A stretch of 32,000 nucleotides of DNA from Candidatus Nanoarchaeia archaeon (GCA_028279745.1 JANQNC010000001.1:1080001-1112000), one strand, 5' to 3'; positions 8,736-17,744 are shown, counted from the first letter of the stretch. Translations and numbers: made by a program. Notes: generated from the letters alone by a model not told the origin.

Positions 8736-10181
8736 ATGAAAAAGATATACTCTATATTACTGGTATTCCTACTTACATTAAGCATAGCTACAGCAACATT
8801 TGAGCTAGGTGTAGAATCAATCAAAGACAGAATAAAACAAGGCGACACAGCAGAAATAAAACTAACAATAACAAATACAGAATCAGGAACGAACACCTAC
8901 ACAATAGCAAAACCTGCTAAGTGGAGATTAAGATCAGATCCACTATCTGATTATTTTTCTGGCATGACAATAATGCCTGGGCAGTCAAAAACAACAACAA
9001 TACAGATGACTCCAGAAACAGACTTCACATTTGGAAGTCACGCAGTTGACCTAAAAGTAACAGCTGTGGGAAGCGGAGAAGAAAAAACAATCAGCCCAAG
9101 AATATTCCTAGAATCAGGACAAAAAATAGATTACGTGCCAAACGTAGTTGCAAAAACATTGATATCTAACGTAGGCGGAGAGATAGGCGAGGTGAATCCT
9201 CAAGAGCCAGTAAAAGTAGTTGTGAGTTTAGATAATAAAAACAGCCTAGACATAAGCGAGCTAACTGTAAAACTAAAAAGCAACATGATAAACGAGGAAA
9301 GAGCAACACAGCTAGCACCTAACGAAATAAACAAAAAAGAAGAATTTGTTGTAGAAGTAGACAAATATGTGCCGCCACAAGAGATGGACTTAGAGATCAT
9401 ACTGATTATGGATGGGATGGAAATAGGGAAGTTCCACCGAGAAATCAAATTCTTAGGAGTTGAAAGAGACTTTCTAGAAGAGCCTTCAACTGAGAAAAAA
9501 TTCTTAGTTACAGTAGATAAAGTAATCGCAACAAACATAGGAAATGTAGAAAAGACGGGCACAGTAAGAGTAGAAACATCATTCTTAAGAGGGATATTCA
9601 CAAAGACAACACCAGACACTGAAACAGTGAAGGAAGATGGCGTTAAATATTATGAATGGGAACAAACACTGCAGCCAGGAGAAAGCATCGAGCTAGTAAA
9701 AAGAGAAAGTTATGTGCCTCTGGCAATAATCATAATCATAATCGTACTATTGGTGTTAGGTTATTACTTAATTAAACCCGAAGTTATAATACAGAAAAAG
9801 ATAGTTAATGTATCCAGGACAGAAGGAGGAGTATCTGAAGTAAAAGTATTACTATTAATCAAAAACATAAGCGGCAAAGATGTTAGGAACTTAAGAGTTA
9901 CAGACGTAATACCAAACATAGCAGTATATGTTAAGGAGGATTTACCAGGAACACTACCTCCAAAAAGAATAAGAAGCTACGAAGTTACAGGAACAAACAT
10001 AGAATGGGGAATACCTGAGCTAACTAAGCGAGAAGAAAGGATGATCAGATACAAGATCAGAACAAAATTATCAATACTTGGCGCAATCAAACTTCCTAAC
10101 GCAGAGCTAAGTTACGAAACAACGCCTGGAAAGAAAAAGATGAGCTACTCAGGAAAAGGAGTAGTTCAAAAAGAAGAGTAA
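8736..10181 (+). CDS. signal-peptide surface protein with CARDB/DUF11-like beta-sandwich modules and one internal TM helix
   Basis: N-terminal signal-like MKKIYSILLVFLLTLSIATA. T/V/K-rich beta-strand repeats (..AEIKLTITNTESGTNTYTI.., ..VKVLLLIKNISGKDVRNLRVTDVIPN..). TM helix LAIIIIIIVLLVLGYYLI. GGAG 10 nt upstream of the ATG. Confidence 0.4.
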   Translation: MKKIYSILLVFLLTLSIATATFELGVESIKDRIKQGDTAEIKLTITNTESGTNTYTIAKPAKWRLRSDPLSDYFSGMTIMPGQSKTTTIQMTPETDFTFGSHAVDLKVTAVGSGEEKTISPRIFLESGQKIDYVPNVVAKTLISNVGGEIGEVNPQEPVKVVVSLDNKNSLDISELTVKLKSNMINEERATQLAPNEINKKEEFVVEVDKYVPPQEMDLEIILIMDGMEIGKFHREIKFLGVERDFLEEPSTEKKFLVTVDKVIATNIGNVEKTGTVRVETSFLRGIFTKTTPDTETVKEDGVKYYEWEQTLQPGESIELVKRESYVPLAIIIIIIVLLVLGYYLIKPEVIIQKKIVNVSRTEGGVSEVKVLLLIKNISGKDVRNLRVTDVIPNIAVYVKEDLPGTLPPKRIRSYEVTGTNIEWGIPELTKREERMIRYKIRTKLSILGAIKLPNAELSYETTPGKKKMSYSGKGVVQKEE

Positions 10182-10202
10182 ACTTTATCTAAGGTTATTA
10201 TT

Positions 10203-10481
10203 ATGAAAGAAATATTATTGCAGTTACTGATTATCGCTTACGGTGGAGTAGGAATTGTGGGGGCTATTGCATACTGGCCAACAATAAATGATTTGTGGCA
10301 CCATAAAAAGTTAAGTGCAAATGAAACTTCATACCTTTTATGGACTGCAACATCAGGGATTGCTTTTTTATACAGTTTGTTTATACTTCAAGATTTATTG
10401 TTTAGGATAGTTTCTGGATTAAACTTTGTAGCGTGTGCGGTTATCCTTCTTTTAAGTGTAAGATTAAGATTTGATAAATAA
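10203..10481 (+). CDS. small 3-TM membrane protein, possibly PQ-loop/SemiSWEET-like
   Basis: 92 aa with three helices. The layout after helix 1 (WPTINDLWHHKKLSANETS) resembles the PQ-loop region of SemiSWEET proteins, but the PQ dipeptide is PT here. Confidence 0.35.
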   Translation: MKEILLQLLIIAYGGVGIVGAIAYWPTINDLWHHKKLSANETSYLLWTATSGIAFLYSLFILQDLLFRIVSGLNFVACAVILLLSVRLRFDK

Positions 10482-10498
10482 CTAGATTTCTTAGTTAA

Positions 10499-10511
10499 AT
10501 TTATAAACAAC
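10499..10511 (+). promoter_or_regulatory. TATA box (AATTTATAAACAAC) for tRNA-Tyr
   Basis: TTTATAAA ends ~27 nt upstream of tRNA nucleotide 1 (10533). Confidence 0.45.
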
Positions 10512-10532
10512 TTCTAGAAACAATAATATTAA

Positions 10533-10689
10533 CCCCGCGTAGCTCAATGGTAGAGCGTTCGGCTGTAGAGGGTCTTGTTTGATGTTTGTAAGGTTTACAA
10601 AAGATGATAACAAGCCAGCCGTTACCGAAAGGTTCCTGGAGGGATGCAAGTGATGTGTATCCTGGGAAATTCAAATCTGGGCGCGGGGA
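10533..10689 (+). tRNA. tRNA-Tyr(GTA): tRNA-Tyr (anticodon GTA) with a ~55-nt canonical 37/38 intron and an apparent second ~30-nt insertion in the T arm
   Basis: Acceptor CCCCGCG (10533-10539) pairs with CGCGGGG (10682-10688). D arm GCTC-AATGGTA-GAGC. Anticodon stem TTCGG (10558-10562) pairs with CCGAA (10625-10629), loop CT-GTA-G. T arm CCTGG (10635-10639) .. TTCAAAT-CTGGG (10670-10681). No CCA is encoded. Confidence 0.7.
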
Positions 10690-10703
10690 CTCTTATATTC
10701 AAA

Positions 10704-11177
10704 ATGGAAACCAAAGAACAATTCGAACAAGAGTTTGAAAAAATGAAACAGGAGTTAAAATTTAAAGCAACTCTTGAAGAATTAGACGAAGTCTTCTTCC
10801 TAAAAGACTTCATGATGAAAGAAGGATTCGTGAGCGAGAAACTATCAAGAGCAGTCTGTGGAAGGATAGCAGACGGATTCGGAGGGTGGGGAGGATACCT
10901 GCATGGATTATTATTGCCAAACCCATCAAGCATAGTAAACTCAACAGAAAGCCAATTGTTTTCAGATGAGGAAAAACAAAGCATAACTTCAGTGATGAAC
11001 AAAACATTAGAGATGACTTCTAGAAACTCACTGATAGGCCTAACTAAAGATAAAGCAGAGGAGGCAAAATTCATAGATGATTCCTTGGACGTCTGGAATA
11101 ACACACTAAAACCCAAACTAACAGAAGTTATGGAAAAAGTGAATAAACATTGGGAAAACCCCAATAAACAGCTCTAA
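10704..11177 (+). CDS. hypothetical protein (157 aa)
   Basis: The listed ORF start at 10644 would overlap the tRNA-Tyr 3' exon. The first ATG clear of the tRNA is 10704 (METKEQFEQ..). No family recognised. Confidence 0.5.
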   Translation: METKEQFEQEFEKMKQELKFKATLEELDEVFFLKDFMMKEGFVSEKLSRAVCGRIADGFGGWGGYLHGLLLPNPSSIVNSTESQLFSDEEKQSITSVMNKTLEMTSRNSLIGLTKDKAEEAKFIDDSLDVWNNTLKPKLTEVMEKVNKHWENPNKQL

Positions 11178-11314
11178 AACCCCAAAAAACCAAAAGCTTT
11201 AAAAAGGGGTTCAAAATTCTTCATAAAATGGCGGAGGGGGCATTCTGAAATAACGGTATTTTGACTAGAATATAGTTATAATGCTGTTGTTTGTCGACGA
11301 ATGTTTTCAAAATT

Positions 11315-11427
11315 GCCCTGGTAGTGTAGTGGCCTATCATACCACCCTGTCACGGTGGTGACTCGAGTTCAAAAATACAACACCAGCAAAAGAGGGGTGT
11401 TAGATATTGAAAGTCTCGGCCAGGGCG
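11315..11427 (+). tRNA. tRNA-Asp(GTC): tRNA-Asp (anticodon GTC) with a ~40-nt intron inside the T loop
   Basis: Acceptor GCCCTGG (11315-11321) pairs with CCAGGGC (11420-11426). D region GTGTAGTGGCCTATCAT. Anticodon arm CCACC-CTGTCAC-GGTGG. T stem TCGAG (11363-11367) pairs with CTCGG (11415-11419), separated by 47 nt instead of 7, starting TTCAAA. Confidence 0.75.
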
Positions 11428-11444
11428 TCTCAGCCATATTAGAT

Positions 11445-11555
11445 AGGCCTGTAGCTCAGCCTGGTAGAGCACACGACTTTTAACATGAACTGAACAAATG
11501 TTTAGTTCAAAAGAAAGCAATCGTGTGGCCGCGGGTTCGAATCCCGTCGGGCCTA
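11445..11555 (+). tRNA. tRNA-Lys(TTT): tRNA-Lys (anticodon TTT) with a ~37-nt canonical intron
   Basis: Acceptor AGGCCTG pairs with CGGGCCT. D arm GCTC-AGCCTGGTA-GAGC. Anticodon stem CACGA (11472-11476) pairs with TCGTG (11521-11525), loop CTTTTA(A). T arm GCGGG-TTCGAAT-CCCGT. The intron has its own TGAACT/AGTTCA helix. Confidence 0.85.
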
Positions 11556-11577
11556 TAACAATCCAAAGGAAGAAAAA

Positions 11578-11820
11578 ATGAAAGTTGACCCAAAAATCAT
11601 AAACCACGTTTTGATGCCAAAGCATGAAAAACTGAGCGACAGGCAAAAACAAGAAATTCTAAAAACTTACAACATAACCGAAGGACAATTACCAAAAATA
11701 AAGATAAAAGATGCTGGACTGATGGGTCTAGATGTTAAAAGAGGAGATGTGATAAGAATAACAAGAAAAACAAGAACCGCAGGAACATCATATTTTTACA
11801 GGGTGGTAACAGATGTATGA
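11578..11820 (+). CDS. rpoH: DNA-directed RNA polymerase subunit H (Rpo5)
   Basis: 80 aa. NHVLMPKHEKLS.., LPKIKIKDAG.., GDVIRITRKTRTAGTSYFYRVV are typical of archaeal RpoH. Position is immediately upstream of rpoB. Confidence 0.9.
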   Translation: MKVDPKIINHVLMPKHEKLSDRQKQEILKTYNITEGQLPKIKIKDAGLMGLDVKRGDVIRITRKTRTAGTSYFYRVVTDV

Positions 11821-13303
11821 TAAGAGCAAGATACTAGTACAAAAATATTTTGAAGAACAAAGTTTAGTTAATTCTAACATCGAATCATTCAATAACTTAA
11901 TCGAAAAGAAACTACAAAAGATAATAGAAGAAAACAAAGAAGTAGAACCAACCATCATTCCACATGACATTGACGAATTCAAGATAAGATTCAATAAGAT
12001 CTGGGTAACAAAACCAGAAATAACAGAAGCAGACGGATCAAAAAGAAAAATCTACCCTGCAGAAGCAAGACTTAGAAAGTTAAGTTATAGTGCGGGAATA
12101 TACTTGGATGTTAGTGCATACATCAACGGAGTACAAAGAGAAAATTTCACAACACAAATTGGATCATTACCAATCATGCTAAAAAGCAAAAACTGCCACC
12201 TGAGTGGGTTAAGCAAAAAAGAATTAGCAGAAAAAGGAGAAGATCCAGATGACCCAGGCGGTTACTTTATAGTTAATGGAACGGAAAAAGTTCTGATTGC
12301 GGTAGAAGACTTAGCGGCAAACAGACTGATGGTAGAGAAAGCAACACTGGGTGTTTCAGAATACACAGGAAAAATGTTCTCAGAACGAGGAGCATTCAAA
12401 ATACCGCACACCATCGAGAAGATGAAAGATGGGATATTCTACTTAACATTCACAAGAGTAAGAAGGATGCCGATCATAATAGTGATCAAGGCACTAGGTC
12501 TAGTAAAAGATGAAGAGATAATGAGATTCATCAGCTCAGAAAAACAATACGACGAAGTATTTGTAAACTTGTACGAGTTCGTAGACCTAAAAACAGAAGA
12601 AGATGCACTTGATTACTTAGCTAAAAGAATAGGAATAACACAAGCAAGAGAAATCAGAATAGAAAGAATGAGAGAGATAATAGACAAGTACCTATTGCCT
12701 CACTTAGGAATCACACCTGAAGACAGAGTATACAAAGCATACAACATGTGCAAGATGATCAAAAAGTTCATCGATGTATCATCAGGCAACTTACCAAAAG
12801 ACGACAAAGACCATTACTCAAACAAAAGACTGAAACAATCAGGAGAGTTACTGGCAGATCTTTTCAGAGTGAACTTTAATGCACTTATCGGGGACTTGCT
12901 TTACAACTTCCAAAGAATCGTAAAGAGAGGGAAATTCCCATCAATAAAAGTAATCATAAGAGAAAAACTTCTTACATCAAGAATATATTCATCAATGGCA
13001 ACAGGAAACTGGGTAGGAGGAAGAAAAGGTATAAGCCAAAGAATTGAAAGACTTAACTTTTTACACACACTAAGCCACCTACAAAGAGTAGTTAGTCCTT
13101 TAAGCAGTTCACAAGAAAACTTCGAAGCTAGAGAGTTGCACGCAACACACTTAGGAAGGTTAGGGCCAATAGAAACGCCAGAGGGAACTAACATAGGATT
13201 AAGAAAAAATTTCGCATTACTATGTAGTGTAAGCCAAGAACCAAAACAAGAAGAACAGATAATGGAATCACTACGAAATTTAGGATTGAGGTCAGTACGA
13301 TAA
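11813..13303 (+). CDS. rpoB2: DNA-directed RNA polymerase subunit B'' (Rpo2N, N-terminal half of split subunit B)
   Basis: 496 aa with N-terminal SLVNSNIESFNNLI, DDPGGYFIVNGTEKVLI and HLGRLGPIETPEG.NIGL. The start overlaps the rpoH stop (ATGTATGA). Confidence 0.95.
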   Translation: MYDKSKILVQKYFEEQSLVNSNIESFNNLIEKKLQKIIEENKEVEPTIIPHDIDEFKIRFNKIWVTKPEITEADGSKRKIYPAEARLRKLSYSAGIYLDVSAYINGVQRENFTTQIGSLPIMLKSKNCHLSGLSKKELAEKGEDPDDPGGYFIVNGTEKVLIAVEDLAANRLMVEKATLGVSEYTGKMFSERGAFKIPHTIEKMKDGIFYLTFTRVRRMPIIIVIKALGLVKDEEIMRFISSEKQYDEVFVNLYEFVDLKTEEDALDYLAKRIGITQAREIRIERMREIIDKYLLPHLGITPEDRVYKAYNMCKMIKKFIDVSSGNLPKDDKDHYSNKRLKQSGELLADLFRVNFNALIGDLLYNFQRIVKRGKFPSIKVIIREKLLTSRIYSSMATGNWVGGRKGISQRIERLNFLHTLSHLQRVVSPLSSSQENFEARELHATHLGRLGPIETPEGTNIGLRKNFALLCSVSQEPKQEEQIMESLRNLGLRSVR

Positions 13304-13304
13304 A

Positions 13305-15107
13305 ATGAGCGAAGTATACATAGACGGAAAATTCATCGGCACAGTAGAAAATCCAGAAGAATTTGTACAACAAGTAAGAGAAGAAAGAAGAAGCAGCAAA
13401 ATACCTGACGGACTAAACATAAGCTATAACAAGGTGTCAGATGAAGTACAGATCGAACTAAGCAACGGAAGAGCAAGAAGACCTCTAATCGTAGTAAAAG
13501 ATGGAAAATCCCTGCTAACCGAAGACACACTAAAAAAGCTACAGAAAAACGAGCTAGTCTGGAGCGACTTAATCAAACAAGGGCTAGTAGAATATTTAGA
13601 CACATCAGAAGAAGAAAACGCATACGTAGCATTCTCAGAAGAAGAACTAACTAAAGAACACACGCATCTAGAAATCACACCTTTAGATATGTTTAGCTTA
13701 TCAACATCACTGGTGCCTTTTGCAAACCACACATTATCAACAAGGGTACACGGAGGATCAAAATCACAGAAGCAAGCAGTAGGATTCTACACAGCAAACT
13801 TCCCAGTAAGAATAGACACAGACGTTAGTGTATTACACAACCCACAAGTACCGGTAGTACAGTCAATGGTATATGACATATCAGAATCAGACAAACACCC
13901 TGCAGGACAAAACATAGTTGTAGCAATTTTAAGTTACGAAGGATACAACATGGAAGACGGTGTAATAATCAACAAAAGCGCAATAGAATACGGAATGGGA
14001 AGAAGCTCATACTTCAGACCCGCAAGTGCAGAAGAACTAAGATACTCGGGAGGACTAGTTGACGAGATCAGCATCCCTGACAAAGAAGTAAAAGGATACA
14101 GAATAGAAAAAGATTACAGATTCTTAGAAGACGATGGAATCATACACCCAGAATCAAAAGTAAAAGAAGGAGATGTGGTAATAGGAAAAACATCACCTCC
14201 GCGGTTTTTGAGTGGGATGGATGAGTACAATCTAGCATCAAACGTAAGAAGAGAATCATCAATAGCAATGAAACATGGAGAACAAGGGACGGTTGATTTT
14301 GTAATGATCACAGAAAACGAAGAAGGAAATAAACTAGTACAAGTAAGATTAAGAGATCTAAGAATACCTGAAATCGGAGATAAGTTTGCATCACGACACG
14401 GACAGAAAGGAGTTGTTGGAATAATCCTTCCAGAGACAGACATGCCATTCACAGCAAGAGGAGTAACACCAGACATAATCTTCAGTCCACACGGTATACC
14501 ATCAAGGATGACCGTATCACACTTACTAGAACTAATCGCAGGAAAAACAGGTGCGCTATCAGGAAGATACGTGGATGGGACGACATTCAACTCAGAACCA
14601 GAAGAAGCACTAAGAGAAGAACTATTATCATTAGGATTCAGAGAAGACGGAACAGAAACATTGTACAATGGGATGACTGGAAGAGTCATGAAAGCAAAAA
14701 TCTACATCGGAGACATGTACTATCTAAGACTAAAACACATGGTAGCTAACAAGTTACACTCAAGAGCAAGAGGACCTATCCAACTACTAACAAGACAACC
14801 AACCGAAGGAAGAGCAAAAGAAGGAGGTCTAAGATTAGGAGAGATGGAGAAGGACTGTTTTGTAGCACACGGAGCATCATTGCTGCTTAAGGAAAGATTC
14901 GACTCAGACAGAACGATAGTTCCAATCTGTGAAGAATGTGGGTTAGTAGCAGTATATGATAGATTCAAAAATAGAAGTTACTGTCCAATGTGTGGAGAAG
15001 ACACAGAAGTAAGCAACGTAGAACTAAGTTATGCGTTTAAACTGATGTTGGATGAATTAAAATCAATGGGTGTATACCCTAGGTTAGAACTAAAGGAGAA
15101 ATACTAA
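13305..15107 (+). CDS. rpoB1: DNA-directed RNA polymerase subunit B' (Rpo2C, C-terminal half of split subunit B)
   Basis: 600 aa. GDKFASRHGQKGVVG, MPF...G..PDIIFSPHGIPSRMT, GEMEKDC..AHGAS and a C-terminal zinc ribbon CEECG..CPMCG. Confidence 0.95.
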   Translation: MSEVYIDGKFIGTVENPEEFVQQVREERRSSKIPDGLNISYNKVSDEVQIELSNGRARRPLIVVKDGKSLLTEDTLKKLQKNELVWSDLIKQGLVEYLDTSEEENAYVAFSEEELTKEHTHLEITPLDMFSLSTSLVPFANHTLSTRVHGGSKSQKQAVGFYTANFPVRIDTDVSVLHNPQVPVVQSMVYDISESDKHPAGQNIVVAILSYEGYNMEDGVIINKSAIEYGMGRSSYFRPASAEELRYSGGLVDEISIPDKEVKGYRIEKDYRFLEDDGIIHPESKVKEGDVVIGKTSPPRFLSGMDEYNLASNVRRESSIAMKHGEQGTVDFVMITENEEGNKLVQVRLRDLRIPEIGDKFASRHGQKGVVGIILPETDMPFTARGVTPDIIFSPHGIPSRMTVSHLLELIAGKTGALSGRYVDGTTFNSEPEEALREELLSLGFREDGTETLYNGMTGRVMKAKIYIGDMYYLRLKHMVANKLHSRARGPIQLLTRQPTEGRAKEGGLRLGEMEKDCFVAHGASLLLKERFDSDRTIVPICEECGLVAVYDRFKNRSYCPMCGEDTEVSNVELSYAFKLMLDELKSMGVYPRLELKEKY

Positions 15108-15137
15108 AAATGATGAAAATTAAAATTTTCAGCATGC

Positions 15138-15158
15138 AAAAAAACCGGAGGTTTTTTT
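15138..15158 (+). terminator. A7CC-GGA-GGT7 hairpin with T7 run between rpoB' and rpoA'; candidate partial terminator or pause site that also embeds the rpoA' Shine-Dalgarno sequence
   Basis: AAAAAAACC (15138-15146) and GGTTTTTTT (15150-15158) are perfect complements. GGAGG at 15147-15151 lies 10 nt from ATG 15162. Confidence 0.35.
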
Positions 15159-15161
15159 AAC

Positions 15162-17744
15162 ATGGCAGACGACTACACAGCAATACACGTACACAAAAAA
15201 GTACAATCAATAACATTCCAATCATTTTCTCCAAAGATGATCAAAAAGATAGCAGTAGCTAAAGTAGTTACACCTGAGCTATACGATAAAGAAGGGTATC
15301 CAGTAGACGGAGGATTAATGGACATAAGATTAGGGGTAATAGATCCTGGTTTGAATTGTAAAACTTGTGGAAGTAGGTTGAAAGAATGTCAAGGACACTT
15401 CGGATACATAGAACTAGCAAGACCCGTAATCCACATAAACTTCGTAGCACACATACTCGCAGCACTAAGAACAACATGCAGAGAGTGTGGAAGATTATTG
15501 TTAAAACAAGCAAAAATAAACAAATTATTAGAGGAATTGAAACAAACAGAAAAAGAAGATGGGTTAGATGCAAAAAGAGCAAAGATAAAAGCGATAATCA
15601 CCTCAGCAAGAAACACAACATCTTGCCCACACTGTAAAACAAGACAACAAAAAATCACACTAGAGAAACCAACAACATTCTTAGAAAACGAAAAAAGAGT
15701 AAACCCAATCGAGATAAGAAGCAGGCTAGAAAAAATACCTGATGAAGATATCTCACTAATCGGATTAGAATCAGAATTCATAAGACCTGAATGGATGATA
15801 CTGACAGTAATGCTAATACCGCCAGTAACAATGAGACCTTCCATCACACTAGAAACAGGAGAAAGAAGTGAGGATGATCTAACGCATAAGCTAGGGGACA
15901 TAGTAAGAATTAACCAGAGACTGTTCGAGAACATAAACGCAGGAGCACCAGAAATAATCGTAGAAGACCTATGGGATCTATTACAATACCACGTAACAAC
16001 ATTCTTCGATAATGCAGTAGCACAACTACCTCCAGCAAGACACAGATCAGGACAACCGTTGAAGACTATCTCAGAACGTCTTAAGAGCAAAGAAGGAAGA
16101 ATAAGACATAACTTAGCAGGAAAAAGAACAAACTTCTCATCAAGAACAGTAATCAGTCCAGACCCAAGAATAGGGATGAACGAAGTAGGTGTGCCAAAGA
16201 TAGTAGCACAAAAAATAACAATACCTGAAACAGTAACAAAATGGAATATGGACTACATAAAAGAGTTCATAGAAAGAGGAGCTGAAAACTATCCAGGATC
16301 AAACTACATCATAAGACCAGATGGAAAAAGAAAAAGAATAACAGACGAAACAAAAGAGCAATTACTGGAAGAATTACAACCAGGCTATGTGGTAGAGAGA
16401 CACCTGATGGATGGAGACGTAGCAATATTCAACAGACAACCATCACTTCACAAGATGAGTATGATGTGTCACAGAGTAAAAGTGCTTCCAGGAAGAACAT
16501 TCAGAATAAACCCAGCAGTATGCCACCCATATAACGCAGACTTCGACGGAGATGAGATGAACTTGCACGTTCCACAAACCGAAGAAGCAAGAGCAGAAGC
16601 AGAAATACTGATGGAAGTACAAACACAGATAATCAGTCCAAGATACGGGTTAAGTGTAATCGGATGTATCCAAGATGCAATATCAGGAAATTATGTATTA
16701 ACAAAATTCATTGATCTGCCAAGAAAAGAAGCGGCAGAGTTACTATACAGCGCAGGAATAGACGACTTCTCAAAACTAGGCACTAAAAAAATATTGAACG
16801 GAAGAGAGATATTCTCATCAATCCTACCAGAAGACCTAGACTTTGAAGGAAAAGCAAAAGATGGAACTCCTGTAGTAATCAAGAAAGGAAAACTAGTAGA
16901 AGGAGTGATCGATGACAACGCATTCGGATCAGAAAAAGCTCTGTTATTCAGAAGAATCCATAAAAAATATGGAAAAGACTTCACACTAAAACTGATGGAA
17001 CAAGTATCATTACTAGGAATAGAAACACTACTAAAATACGGTCTATCATCAGGTCTATCAGACATAGACATGCCAAAAGAAGCGACAGAAAAGATAGAAG
17101 AAACATTAACAAAAGCAAAACAAGCAACAGAAGATCTGATTAAACAATTCAGAGACGGAGAATTAGAAATACTTCCAGGAAGATCGATGGAAGAAACACT
17201 AGAGCTAAAAATAATGGAAGTTCTGAACAAAGCAAGAAACGAAACAGGAAACATAGCTCAAGAATACGCAAAAGTAAGCGCAACAACGATCATGGCAAGA
17301 TCCGGAGCAAGAGGAGGACCTCTAAACATGGCACAGATGGCAGCATGTGTAGGGCAACAAGCTATGAGAGGGAAAAGAATAGGCAAAGGATACAAAGGAA
17401 GAACATTATCATGCTTTAAAGAAAAAGACCTGAGTGCAGAAGCAAGAGGGTTTGTAGAAAATTCATTCAAAAAAGGACTTACACCAGCAGAATTCTTCTT
17501 CGGAAGTATAACCGGAAGAGACTCACTGATGGATACAGCACTGAGAACACCAAAATCAGGATATCTATATAGAAGGTTAGCAAACGCGATGCAGGATCTA
17601 AAAGTAGAATATGATGGAACGATAAGAGACTCAGCTAAAAAAGTAGTACAATTCAAATACGGAGAAGACGGAATAGACGTATCAAGAAGTGAGAACGGAA
17701 CAATCAACATTAAACAGATCATACAAGATGTAGTAGAGGGTTAA
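15162..17744 (+). CDS. rpoA1: DNA-directed RNA polymerase subunit A' (Rpo1N)
   Basis: 860 aa. Zinc motifs CKTCG..C.GHFG. Catalytic [12 protein letters not shown] at nt 16533-16568. Confidence 0.95.
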   Translation: MADDYTAIHVHKKVQSITFQSFSPKMIKKIAVAKVVTPELYDKEGYPVDGGLMDIRLGVIDPGLNCKTCGSRLKECQGHFGYIELARPVIHINFVAHILAALRTTCRECGRLLLKQAKINKLLEELKQTEKEDGLDAKRAKIKAIITSARNTTSCPHCKTRQQKITLEKPTTFLENEKRVNPIEIRSRLEKIPDEDISLIGLESEFIRPEWMILTVMLIPPVTMRPSITLETGERSEDDLTHKLGDIVRINQRLFENINAGAPEIIVEDLWDLLQYHVTTFFDNAVAQLPPARHRSGQPLKTISERLKSKEGRIRHNLAGKRTNFSSRTVISPDPRIGMNEVGVPKIVAQKITIPETVTKWNMDYIKEFIERGAENYPGSNYIIRPDGKRKRITDETKEQLLEELQPGYVVERHLMDGDVAIFNRQPSLHKMSMMCHRVKVLPGRTFRINPAVCHPYNADFDGDEMNLHVPQTEEARAEAEILMEVQTQIISPRYGLSVIGCIQDAISGNYVLTKFIDLPRKEAAELLYSAGIDDFSKLGTKKILNGREIFSSILPEDLDFEGKAKDGTPVVIKKGKLVEGVIDDNAFGSEKALLFRRIHKKYGKDFTLKLMEQVSLLGIETLLKYGLSSGLSDIDMPKEATEKIEETLTKAKQATEDLIKQFRDGELEILPGRSMEETLELKIMEVLNKARNETGNIAQEYAKVSATTIMARSGARGGPLNMAQMAACVGQQAMRGKRIGKGYKGRTLSCFKEKDLSAEARGFVENSFKKGLTPAEFFFGSITGRDSLMDTALRTPKSGYLYRRLANAMQDLKVEYDGTIRDSAKKVVQFKYGEDGIDVSRSENGTINIKQIIQDVVEG

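Noticed and set aside
8736-10181. Diversity-generating retroelement target (variable surface protein), since DGRs are reported in DPANN-type archaea.
   Set aside because: No reverse transcriptase gene and no template/variable repeat pair could be seen in this window.
11228-11248. Six-codon mini-ORF ATGGCGGAGGGGGCATTCTGA in the spacer before tRNA-Asp.
   Set aside because: It has no Shine-Dalgarno sequence or promoter context, and a GC-rich patch of this size may be chance. It is mentioned only as context for the neighbouring orphan ORF.
10482-11577. Integrated mobile element or provirus at the tRNA cluster.
   Set aside because: No integrase, transposase, or direct repeat of a tRNA 3' end flanks the region. 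The duplicated CCTGG in tRNA-Tyr is only 5 nt and lies within the gene.
10622-11652. ORFs 10622-11164 (-), 10644 start (+) and 11350-11652 (-), which overlap tRNA genes.
   Set aside because: They run through tRNA-Tyr, tRNA-Asp or tRNA-Lys exons and have shadow-ORF composition. The plus-strand ORF was kept only from ATG 10704.
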